Source: Camelus ferus (Eukaryota). From it: DNA of 64,000 nt. Location: contig NC_045707.1 in NCBI RefSeq assembly GCF_009834535.1, forward strand, positions 62,250,001 through 62,314,000. Direction: 5' to 3'. Below, one piece after another: positions 1 through 11,540 of the stretch; within the stretch, counting starts at the first letter, position 1, and every line of letters begins with the position of its first letter. The position numbers were made by a program, and so were the translations under genes. The notes under the pieces are model-generated. The model made no database searches. It was not told the DNA's origin and was given only the letters and a program-made list of their open reading frames with translations.

Positions 1-3000
1 AACCCTCTTCACTTATAATAGCACCATATATATATGGATGGATGTATTTATTTTTCTCCATTTCCCAAAGTAAGATACAGAAAAAATTACAGCAAGCAAG
101 AACTGGTTTATTATCTTTCTAGGATATAAATAAACCACTGAGTGTCTTATGAACTATCTATAAAGAAATGAAAAACTTACCATATTTGGGTTTGCATGAG
201 ATTCTTTTAATTGGATATTACAGTCATTAAATATCTTGATATAATATGCACTAATTATACCCAATCTACAGGATCAAAAAGGATGGGATGTTTCTTTCTT
301 TCCAGTCCAAGCTGATAGGTGGTTTGGGGGACAGGAGGATTCATTCATGAGGAGACTCAGGTTTCCTTCCTTAGATTTTCTGTTTTCCTTCCTGGTTCAA
401 GTTTGCACAATACAACCACCTTTAAGTTACAGCCCATGTGAAGTTGGAGAGTCATTCAGTAGGGACAATCAGGTTCCTTTTAAGGATGTTACTCAGAAAC
501 TGCGTAAGTCACTTTGTCAGTAGGTGGAACTTAGTCCTGGTCATGACTAGTTGCGAAAGGGTTGGGACACGTGGTCTCCAACTCTGCTATGCACAAGCTA
601 AGACACAAGGGAGTCTATGACTAAAATGGTAAAAATAAAATTTGCAGACAATTAACAATCCATGTTACATGTGAACTTTTTAACGATACTAAACTTAATT
701 TAACTTTTTCTTTTTTGTTGTTTTGATTCATAAGAAACATGAGGACATTATTTTTCTCCATGTTCATTAGTTTTCATTGTCTATTACTTTAAAATTCTTT
801 TTCTTTGAAGTTTCTATATAGTTAGTTCCTAGGGAATTTTATAACTGTTTACAGGTTTAGACAACAGGGTAATAAACGGTTATTTCAAATATGCTAATAT
901 TTCTCACAAATTTTCCATCCTTATAAAAATAGACTTTTAAGACCATAGGCCAGTTTCAATAAAAAATAGTGAAATTCATTTTGTTGCATCCTAGTATTAT
1001 CCATCGTTGCAAAGGCATAGGTTTGTGAGAGTAAACTGGTCTGCTGAAGGACTTCACATGGTTGTAAGCTTAAGGCAAGGATGAGGGGAAAAAGAAAGAA
1101 GATGAGGTTGAAAAGATGGGTGAAGCCTAGTGGGTAAAACCGTATGGTTAAAGACTCTAAATACCACCGAATACCTTCAAACTGCTCTCGTGTAGCTGGG
1201 AGATGAGACATCTCCAAACACATGCAATATGGTATATACTCGTCAATAAAAAGTAATGTGCGTATAACCCAAATATATGTATTTAATGTAGACTGCATGT
1301 GCACATGCTATTCTACTGATGAATGATGTGCATTATGAAGCATATATGAAATAGAGTGTAAAGACCTAAGGAGAAAAAAGTAGCGCTGTATTTTACATGG
1401 CTACAATAATGATTTTTGCTCTCCAGTTATAAAGCTTATCTTCATATTCTGTATATTCAGTTTTTAAAAATCTTACTGATGCCATGAAAGTTACAATTAT
1501 AAGAAGTTATATTTCAAGTTGCAGCTTTATTCTGGGTGAAGTTCAGCCTTCACACTAGTTTCACACAGTTGCATATGAAATCTCTACTTCATACAGCTTT
1601 CTTGTTAATGATGAAAGCAAACAATTTCTCCCCAGGAAGGGGGAATATAAGCCAGACTGCTGAGAGTCCAGTATGTTCATCAACGCAAGACCATTACCAT
1701 GCAGGGCAGGAGGAGGGGTTCACAACTGCTGGGCAGTTATCCTCCACCTTCCTACTTACCAGCCCCTGCCTCCTTCGTGTAAGTAGGCCCTGAAAAGTCT
1801 CTTTTTCTCATCCTGTTCCATAAACATTCAACAAATCCCAGAACTCCAAGCTTTCTTAAACTTTCTGAACTGTGGTCAAGGATTTGCTTCGATGGAGATA
1901 CTGTGGGTCCATTCCAAAGCAATTCTCTCTTTTTGGGCATGAGAACAATCTTCATCTCCAATATTTAAGTGAAGGTTGCCATTCAAATTCAATTTTTAAA
2001 AAGCATTTGGAGTTATTAGCTGTAACCTCTGATTAGAATTTTTCTTTTTCTTTTTTCTTTTTTTAACCATGTGACATGGCTGGGAATTAGCTCATGTAAG
2101 AAATATGAGAATTATTTGATATGTTTAAATTACACAGCCATATTCTCTGTGCTTGCATTACTGGTATTATTTTTATCTGTCAATTATGGGAATTAATATA
2201 GTTTAAAATGAAATAAACTTAACAGAAATTAATAAAATTTGAGGGTGCCACTGTCAATCTTGCCTATCATGAGATTCCCACTCTTAGGATAACTCAATTG
2301 CCTAAGTACAGGATATTTCAAATAAGGAAAGGAGCCTTGTAATTTATATGATAAATATTATAACATCCTGGTATTTTTCGTATTATGTTATAGTTTTTAG
2401 TTATAAAGATGAATATGAATAAAAGTGCTAATATTTTTGCTCATCCTTCCATGGGTTGCATGCAAACTTCTTTGGAAACCACTGTTCTAAGCAAAAATTG
2501 CTGCCTGTTTATTAACCATTTAGGTTTGCAGGAGATTCTGTATGATTGAATATTCTAGGTATTAAAAATCTCAACATAAGGTACAATAGTTAACCTAACT
2601 CTCTAAATAGTTAACCTAACTTCGCTTTCACCTTTATTTGGGAATATCAAATCATTAGCTGAAATAAATTCCAAGGTAGATAATGCAAGTTTTTAACAGT
2701 GATATTGCATAATCTTAAATCAACAGCAAACAGCATCTCCTAAAGTAATATCACTGTATATTATTTGGTAGGTTTAATTTATACTGCCTCCTGATAACTC
2801 TCAATAACACATGAGAAGGTGGCTTCCACAGTTACCACAGACATTTAGTGCTTTCAAGTACTGATAACATTCTTGATCTATTTGTTTGCAGACCCTGGTT
2901 CCATGATGGACTGTTGATGCAGTAAGTGATTCTCAGTTAAGCCTCTGTTCCTCTGTTTCTCGTTTTCTACATCAGCCTCTGGTCAGCCATCAGAGCAGAG

Positions 3001-5659
3001 CAGTTTCAGTCACTTCTGTACCCCCCCCCCCCCATCTGTTCTAAGGGATAGCATGCACAGCAAATTAGTGATCTCAAATACCAACCTGGCACAGGTGTTT
3101 GGGTCACAAGCTTTCATTCTGAACAAGTAATTGAAAAATAATCTTTACCTGGCCAGAACAAAAATGAGCTAAAATATTCTGTGCCCTTTTATTTTCAGAG
3201 AGGGCTCTATCATCATTTAAGTTATTTGTCTTAAGCCATTACTTATAGAATAACTATGTGTTTTATTTTGTCCCTAAACTTTTCACTTAGGGGAAAAATA
3301 GAACTCAAGCAGACTTTATCAAGATGCTTATTTCAATCTAAAAGATATAAATAATTCTGTACTCCTGCTTTAGAGAATAAGAAAAGTAGGCATGTAAATT
3401 CCTGTGAGAAATTCTATTCACCATCAAATTCAAAATAATTATTTCAAATTAGAATGTTTCAAACCTCAGTCTTATTCAGAGACACTCTACTTTTAACAGT
3501 TACACACAAATTTGGAAAACGGCAGTGAAAAACATCTTTTCTTTTTGGTATATGAGATTCTCAGGATTCATTTCTATATCAAGTATTGCTTTAATATCGT
3601 ATCTTTTACTCTTTCAAAAAGGTTTTCGATTTTTCATGGTTTCATCTCTCAATCAAAGCCTAACATGAAAACTTGTTTGTTGACTTGAGCCTTGATGTAA
3701 AATTTAGTTTAACTCTTTTTCTAGTAATATGTTTGTCAGTGGCATAGCAATTTTCCTGTCACTGAAACTAGTAGACCCTTTAAATGCTTTGCTCACCAGA
3801 GTATAAAATTATTGTTTTCTTCATCTTGATTGTTCATGTCAACAAATGCTAATTTTAAAGAAACTTAAAAAAAAAAAAGTTTCAAGCAAATATTCTACAT
3901 TCTAGACAGTTGAAACTGATTCCTCTTCTGCCATGCAAGTTTGTTTACAATTTTTGAAGTTAAGACTCTAAAGCAGTTACAGGGTAAAAAACATCCCAGG
4001 GCTGCTTTAAGTCTTGGTCCTGGCTTTGCACATCCCAGGAGAGACACAAAATTCTGTGCTGTTGTCCTAGAAGGTTATACATTTCCCTGCTATTTTTTAT
4101 GTGCCTAATAGAGGAACTAAAATGATGCCTAGATTCAGGAATAAAGCAATTTTTATCCATGAGTTTTTAAAATATGCACTCCCCATCACATTAATTATAG
4201 CTTGGTCCCTGTACTTCAGATGATGTTGTTAATTAAAGGAAAAAAGGACCTCTCAGTGAAACAAATCAATTTATGAAATAAGCTTGATGGACACAGATTT
4301 TATTAATTCACCAAACTCGGAAACTTCTCTACAAGCATGATTATCTTATTAAATGACACTTCACAAGACATATACATTTTGTTAATGTTTTCTAAATTGT
4401 TTAAATGAATGCTTTGTGAATTTTAAAACAGTACTTGGGGACTTTGTAAAATGCCAAATTTCATTTGATGTATTATTATTCTTTTATTGTATTTTTTAAA
4501 TGTTCAATTTAGCACTTCATAAACATGAAAATAGAGGTTAACTGCTGAAAAAAAAAAAAGAAAAAGAGTCTCTGTTCTGTCAGTTTTAATGTTCTCAGTT
4601 TTATATAATATAATGAAATGAAGCTTTCCTTATAGCACACCTGTTACCCTGTTCTGCCAGAAAATCTTTTGACGCCATCTATTGCTGCATCAAGGGAGTC
4701 GTGTTTGTCACCTCCTCGTTTTATTCTCAGAATCTTAGCTATAGGAAAGGACTGTACTTCATACTCAGTTCTAATAGTTATGTTTAGATGGCTGCTAACA
4801 CATTTTTGATTGGGCTACCAAAATTTAACAGTTGGTAACCCCACTCATTTCTAGCCAGAGGGAGCCATTAACTTTAATGAGGCAGCAGCCATCTTCACAT
4901 ATTTGAATCAGATTGGCAATCAGCTTCCTGGTAATTGGATTAGTGGAATACTATGAGTTTCAAGTTTCCATGCAATTTGCATATTCATACACATTCTGCT
5001 TCCCTCTGATTTATAACTCTTTTATATATATTTACATGGCAGCCTTTCAATTTACAAGTGAATGGCCATCCAAAATAGAATGAATGATTTGAGTTAGCTC
5101 ATATTTACATAAAATGTTTAAATTTGTAAAGTTTAGAGAGATTGATAAATGTGATTTCTTGTTTTCACATACTTATGAAAATAAGGTATATTTTTTATGC
5201 AAACAGAACTCATGTATACTTTCAATTCTACAGCAAATCAGATTTTTCTGCTGCAATCTGGTTTTTTTGATATACATATTCCATAAAATTGTGTTTCTGT
5301 ATATTGCTCTGGAATCTTAAAAGCAGATTCTAGGATTTTCTGTAATAAATTATCAGTTTATTCAATGGAAAAGCTTGTAACTCCTTACTTTAAAAGGATG
5401 GTATCATCCGTATTCTGTCACATGCCTTCAGACTCTTCCTTCCTTCAACTGCCTGAGCTCTTCTAAAGTAATAATTTATTTTAATAGCTGATAGGAGAGG
5501 CAACTATAATAGAGTGAAAGCCTTCTCGAATGGGCATACTTAACCTTTACTACAATCTTGAGAGTCTTCTTCAAAACATAGACATGACAATTTCTCACAG
5601 GTCATTTAAAATATTAAAAAATTAATATATTATAAATGTTTTATGCTTTATATGTGTGA

Positions 5660-5910
5660 TATAGTTGCTATCTACTTCAATGTAACAAATTATCCCAAAA
5701 CTTAACTGTTTAAAACAAACAAACAAAACCTTATTTATTATCTCACACAATTTGTTAGGGTCAGGAATCTGACAGCATCCTAACTGGATAGCCCTGGTCT
5801 GGGTCTTTCCTGAGGCTGCAGTCAGGATGACAAGCAAGAATTGACATCTGAAGGCTTTACATTCACACACATGGTTTCAGTTCAACACATGGATTACTCA
5901 CTATATGGCA
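5660..5910 (-). mobile_element. ERVL-MaLR LTR fragment (MLT1 family, 3' part)
   Basis: 'gtaacaaattatcccaaaacttaactgtttaaaacaaac...ttattatctcacacaatttgttagggtcaggaatc...ctgaggctgcagtcaggatg' resembles the reverse complement of the MLT1 LTR 3' end. Confidence 0.75.
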
Positions 5911-7156
5911 GTGCCCTTTTGCAATTTTGTGATTTTTAGCGTCAGTTTGGGTCAACCAATTGTTTCCCAGAAATAGTCTCTGTGTAAATTAAGTCATGAT
6001 CTAATGAATTCACTGAATGTAAGTCAACCCTGTAAAAAAAAAATCACAGTAAAGGTGGACTTGTTGGAGCAAAACAAGATATTCAAGATAGATGGAGACA
6101 CTTCTTTCTACCACCCTAGAAATCCTTCCACTCCCAAAGCCACCAAAAACTATTTCACAGGTGACAAAACTTTTTCTTTTTAAATTAGATTACCTACAGC
6201 TATTTTCTCTAATGTTATATTAAAAGTGGTGATTAATCCTAATATTCACCAGAGGACTTCAATCTATTAACCGCACAATTGAGCCAATATTAAGAATGTT
6301 TCTAGGTAGTCATTTTATAGCATAGTACATCTTTATTTCAAATATCAAGATGTAAAAGTACCTTCATAGCCTGCATGAACGTAATATTGGTAAGGGGGGG
6401 AGAAAAACACAGACAAACATTGGTATCTTTGTTTATTGGAATTAACTCGATTAATGACTCACACAAACAGATCTTACAAGTATTTTAAAAATCAAGATCC
6501 TATTTCATGCAATTAAAAGTGCACATTTAAATAATAATCATGTTTTTGCTGTGTGAGTATATATTTATAGCCAGCTTCTGCTTTCTTTACAAGGTTATTT
6601 AATGCCTGAAGAATTTAATTATACCAGAATACTGTAATTCTTTAAGAAAAACAGGCATCGTGCACATACACGCACATAAAAATACACACATTTTAAAAAT
6701 TTCTTACACCAAAGAGAAGAAAAGCCAGGAGAGGGAAAAATTGACAAACACCTGAAAATGAACAAAAACAAAGTTATTTGAGAATTTCAAGTTTCCCTCA
6801 TTGTCTATATATTTATACCAATCTTCTGATCCTTGAAACTCTTTCGAACATATGAAAATTGTCATTATTTCAAAACCTTCAATCTTCTGACCATTTCTTA
6901 ACTATTTTTTTTTCAAGTCAGAAACCCAAATGTCAGAGAGCTTAAAAATGAGAGAAAGGGGGAAAAATGGGACTTGAAAAAATTTCAGGTTGACACAAAG
7001 GCAGCAGACTATGCTATGCATGGAAGGAACCACCCATTTCCTGATTTTCTTCACAAAAAGCATTTCCCTTTTTCTTCTCACTTACAGAGATCCTCAGTTT
7101 CTAAAATCTATACCACAAAGTAAATCTAAAAATGCTTTACTGACATTGTTTTAACT

Positions 7157-7225
7157 TAACAACACCCATGAGAATCAAATCATTTTTCATTTTGCAGATG
7201 AGTGAAGTGATCTGAGAAATTAACT
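7157..7225 (-). mobile_element. MIR SINE core fragment
   Basis: 'cattttgcagatgagtgaagtga...gaaattaac' resembles the MIR core (cattttacagatgaggaaactgag). Confidence 0.5.
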
Positions 7226-8069
7226 TTCTTCTCTAAATAAACCACAAGACTATTGGTATTCAAAGTTGTAACATTTGATACATGTTATTAAAAACATGCA
7301 TTTTTGAAAAGTAATTTTAAATTTGTCATTTGTTTACCTGCTAAATAGATTCTAACATATGTTTCTTATACACACATTTATAAAGAAAGTATATTAAAGA
7401 GCTCTCTGTGTACCTTCAAAGTTTAATTTATATGCATGTGGTTATATCTAGAAGTTTTATTTTTCTATATAATTCATGGATGATGAACAACAATGTACAT
7501 TTTATTTGGAGATTGGAAAAAAGACAGGTAGAATACTATGCCATGTTATTAAAATATATTAGAACCAAAACAAGTGAAAAGTTGCTACACAAGTTAAGCT
7601 TTTGATGTGACTATATCACTTAGAGTAAAAGAAGACATACAGTTTTGACAGAGGCAAATTTTGACCCATAATACAAAGTAGAAAAAAGATCTGAAAAATG
7701 AGAGCATTTTCTGTGACACTAAAACTTAAACCTACTTTGAATAGCCTTATTCCAGCTCTGAAAATCATCATTTGTTGCCCCTAGAAAAGCTTTGATTTGG
7801 CAAATGGTAAAACTACTATAGAATGACTTTGACGATGCTTCTACAAATCAAACAATATTTAATTCACTGGATTCAGTTGCAAGAGCCAGGCAGAGCTCAG
7901 ATAAGAGAGAGATAGTAAATTAACCTGGGAGAGATGGTTTTAAATAAAAAGATAGGAGACATTACCTATAATTGTAACTTTTCTTATTTATTTGTTTGTT
8001 GATTTGTTATTCCCTGATTATTGAGCAGGAATGTAGATTCTAGAAAAAGATAATATCTGTTACAGAAAA

Positions 8070-8545
8070 TGTGAACGAAAAATATTGCAAACCACATCAG
8101 TAAACAAAGAATGCTGAAGCCATCAAGTCATCAGCTGCCCCCACCCCCCAGGGGAAGACAAGCCTGCAGCCCAGCCTCTGCAGCCACTCACAGTGGTGCC
8201 CTCTGAGGGACTCAGAATAAGAAAGGACAGGATACTGGCCCTAGATAGCTAGGTGCTTGTCAAAGGAATGAATTCAATGAGCCCAAATGTTTGCTTCCTC
8301 CCATACATAGAAAAGCGCTCAATTCTTTAACTTGAGATGCCTGGTTTTCTTTAGATAACAAGTAATCTTTTATTGTTCCAACTACCTGGTCTTTGTGTTA
8401 AAGCTCCTATATATCCTAGCTCCTCCCCTACCTCTTGGGAGCAGTCCCTCAGAGCCATCTGAGAGGCTGTTATCCCGGCTCGAGTCCTCCAGCCAGGTAA
8501 AACATAACTCTCAACTTTTAGGCTGCGCATTTATTTCAGTCGACA
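8070..8545 (+). mobile_element. Solo ERV1 LTR, MER41-like (476 bp)
   Basis: TG...CA termini with imperfect inverted ends (tgtgaacgaaaaata / tatttcagtcgaca); 4-bp AAAA target-site duplication at 8066-8069 and 8546-8549; TATA-like 'cctatatatcc' near 8410; 3' end 'aactctcaacttttaggctgcgcatttatttcagtcgaca' typical of MER41-related LTRs. Confidence 0.8.
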
Positions 8546-9311
8546 AAAATAAAGCTACATACTTTCCTCATCTGAGTAGCATAGATGTTGAGCCTTAACT
8601 AATATAATAATTAAAAAAAAATCCTAGAAGGACTAGAATAGGCAATGCACGATAGGATTTGATACTAGAAGAAATTCTTCTAGAAAGGGACAAACCTCAC
8701 TCCATTTTTTTATCACTAGAATGCATTTCAAGAGATTTTCATGGAATGTGGTTGGGTGGTTAATGAATGATAAAAGAATACCTTTCAGTTGAGTGATATG
8801 GCATAAGCAAAATCCTTTGACTGAAGTGACTGACAGAAGGTTGAGACAATAGAACCTCAGCTTTGTAAATAAAGGAGTGATGCTCTGATCACAATTTCTA
8901 GGCAAGGGGATTCTGACAGTGGGTATGGGATTTCTTCAGTGACATTTCATATCTAAAGAATCTGCTTTCCTTCTACCAGCTTTGACACTGTAATTCTTTG
9001 TGGCCAAACTTACCTAAGACTGCTTTGACATCTGTAAAAGGTAAGTCTATAGTCTTTGATCTCTGTGTGTGTGTGTGTGTGGGGGGGGTGCCCTTATTTG
9101 TGTGACAGATAGAAGGCACTCTTGAAACTTGATTTTAATTCTCTAATTTGTTTCTGCTACATAATTTAAATAATTGATTTTTTATTTCTTGTTCCTTTAC
9201 CCACATACTTTTTTACTGAAATATTTTTAATTGTCTGTTGGGATTTGATCATTCCCCAAGAGCATTCCTGAAATGGTTTACCTGTTTGTAAACCTAAAGT
9301 GAACTTTAAGC

Positions 9312-9776
9312 TGTTACGGAAACGACAGGCCAGCCAAGAGACAAGCACCACTCGGAGGGTTGGAGTACTCAGATGTATTACACTAGCGGGCTCAGAGGGG
9401 CTTCTGCTCCGAAGCTCTGAGCACCTCCAAGACGTGCGCATGAGGTTTTATAGGGTAAAGTACAAGCTTGGGGTATTGGGCCAATAGGCATGGAACAGCC
9501 TTAGCAGCATCATTATCACAAAAGTGGAGGCAGGGAGGCAGCAAACCAACATTCCAAAGCCAGATATTTATCTTTGAAAATCCAGCTGGCTAGCAAAAAA
9601 ACATGAACAGCAAACCAACACTAATTAACTTAGATTTACGAGTTAGTCCAGCAGAACTCAGATCAGTATTCCAATACTTAGATTTGTGAGTTATCTTGTT
9701 AGCCCAGCCCAGCCTCTCCTTCACATTCCTAGACTTGTGAGTTACCTTGTTAGACCAGCCCAGCTTTTCCTTCACA
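9312..9776 (-). mobile_element. Solo ERV LTR, lineage-specific, family unassigned
   Basis: TG...CA termini. On the minus strand, in order: CCAAT (9475-9479), TATAAAA (9446-9452), AATACA polyA-signal variant (9374-9379). Retains CpGs. No clean TSD found. Confidence 0.7.
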
Positions 9777-9879
9777 AAAATATCTAATGTAAACAATACC
9801 CTATTGGGCTTGACACTACAATTAAGATCAGTGGCAATGAAACGAAGTAGCTAAAAACATATGTATCTAAATCAAAGAG

Positions 9880-9962
9880 AGTAGCATTTGAATTCTGGAT
9901 CTATGATTTTAAGCAATCCATTAACTTACTCTGGGCCTTAGTTTTTCCCATCTGTAAAGTCA
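9880..9962 (+). mobile_element. MIR SINE fragment
   Basis: 'ttaacttactctgggccttagtttttcccatctgtaaagt' matches the MIR core. Confidence 0.6.
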
Positions 9963-10379
9963 AGTCTTTCATACTTTTTCCTTAGGTTGCAGACAAGCTT
10001 AAGTATTTCCTAAAAGGCTCATAAGTCATATGCAAAATATCACTACATTGTTTAGTGTAGAACATTCTATAACATGAAAGATGTTTCATGAATATCCTCA
10101 AAGACTTAGGAAATATGATGGTAATACAGAATTTCCCTTCTGTATTAACTTCTCATAATTTCAGCTTTGCACCTTCCAGAACATCTTGTACTTTATCTTC
10201 TCTTTAAATCATAACCTCTTTAGGGATCAAAGAATATGAAGAAAAAAAAATTGGAAAAGAGAAGTAGTTTTGTACCATTTTTATTTCTCCACATTCAGAA
10301 ATTTGCCCAGGGCCAATCAGACAGCAAGAAGCTGGAGAGTGAGTAAATTATTTCAGTGACAGTACTGTGGACACAGGGC

Positions 10380-10545
10380 AAGTTCAGGAGTTTTAGAGTC
10401 AGAGAGATCTGTGCTCACTGATGTTCCTAGGTATAGAACTTTTGGTAAATTGCTTCATTTTTCCAAACCTCGGTTTCTCTGTCTGAAAAACGGGAAGTGT
10501 CTTTGTGCTGTATGAAATGTTCCTAGCACATACAAGGCACTCGGA
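10380..10545 (+). mobile_element. MIR SINE
   Basis: 'ttagagtcagagagatctg...aaacctcggtttctctgtctgaaaaacggg...cctagcacatacaaggcactc' follows the MIR consensus order. Confidence 0.65.
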
Positions 10546-11050
10546 ACTTGAAAATCTGGTATCACACAGACGTGAAGGATCTATCAGTGCCAAAATTAAC
10601 AGCAAGAGTTATGAACGTATGGGTGCTGAGATTTCCCTTGAGCCACGTGTTTAGATGCCAAAATGGGTGAGGTATTCACTCAGATGACGGTGTTCACTTA
10701 TCAGACAAATCCTAAAATGTCCTTAGCTATATACACTAGCACACAAGGCACAACTTTCATTTTACAAAGAGGACTTTTAAGAAAATGTCAGGTGACACAA
10801 TCTATTTATAGGCACTATTTCTAGAAAGTTGTTCAGGGTTTTATTTTAGTATGTAGCATAATATTGCTTAATGGAATTTACACAAAAGCTAGTCATGTAG
10901 TTATAATGTATTTATTTCTTCGTTTGGTTTTGCCTTTGTCTTCTGAGATCCTCCTCTAGCGGGGAATTTGAATATAAGAAGTACAGGCATTTTCTCGTTT
11001 GTTTTAGGTTTGTTCTGGGAAAGAGTTCACCATACTCAGTGGCAGTAGGC

Positions 11051-11082
<32 letters not shown>

Positions 11083-11108
11083 CACACACACATATATATA
11101 TATATATA
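11051..11108. repeat. Compound microsatellite (TG)n-TATA-(CA)n-(TA)n
   Basis: Directly visible. Confidence 0.95.
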
Positions 11109-11359
11109 GTTCACTGGGTAAGCATACATATGCTTACTGTATGAGCATGTATGTTAAAAGCTTTTAATCAAATAAGATACAAATGAGTTTTACTGAGCCA
11201 AATTTTAAACACTGCTTAATTTCAAATGATGAAACAATTGAGTGCTACCTAGAAGCCTGCGATAATTTGATTAATCTATTTTATGATGACCATCTAAAAC
11301 AAAACAAAACAAAAAAACAACCAAAACTCCGTATTTCATAAAGGGAAGAGAACCAGATT

Positions 11360-11540
11360 GAAAACCTGGAGAATTGAGTTGAAATTCTGACTCTCACACT
11401 TACTAGCTATTCAACTTAAGACAGATTCATTAATTTTGCCCTATGAGCCTTATGTCCTATTAAAATTGAATTAGTATTACCTGTCCTTGTCATTTAGTGA
11501 GAAGTGTGAGAACAAATTAAAATAATATCTGTAAAACTGT
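11360..11540 (+). mobile_element. MIR SINE
   Basis: 'aattctgactctcacacttactagct...tagtattacctgtcc...gtgagaacaaattaaaataatatctgtaaaa'. Confidence 0.6.

Noticed and set aside
3021..3033. C13 homopolymer as a G-quadruplex element
   Set aside because: A short isolated run with no additional G-tracts; an ordinary simple repeat.
4975..4990. Immunoglobulin VH promoter (ATGAATATGCAAAT)
   Set aside because: The heptamer CTCATGA is absent, and no leader exon, V exon or RSS follows on the minus strand.
9590..9796. ORF with an internal peptide repeat (KEKLGWSNKVTHKS / KERLGWANKITHKS)
   Set aside because: It is simply the translation of the 51-bp LTR duplication.
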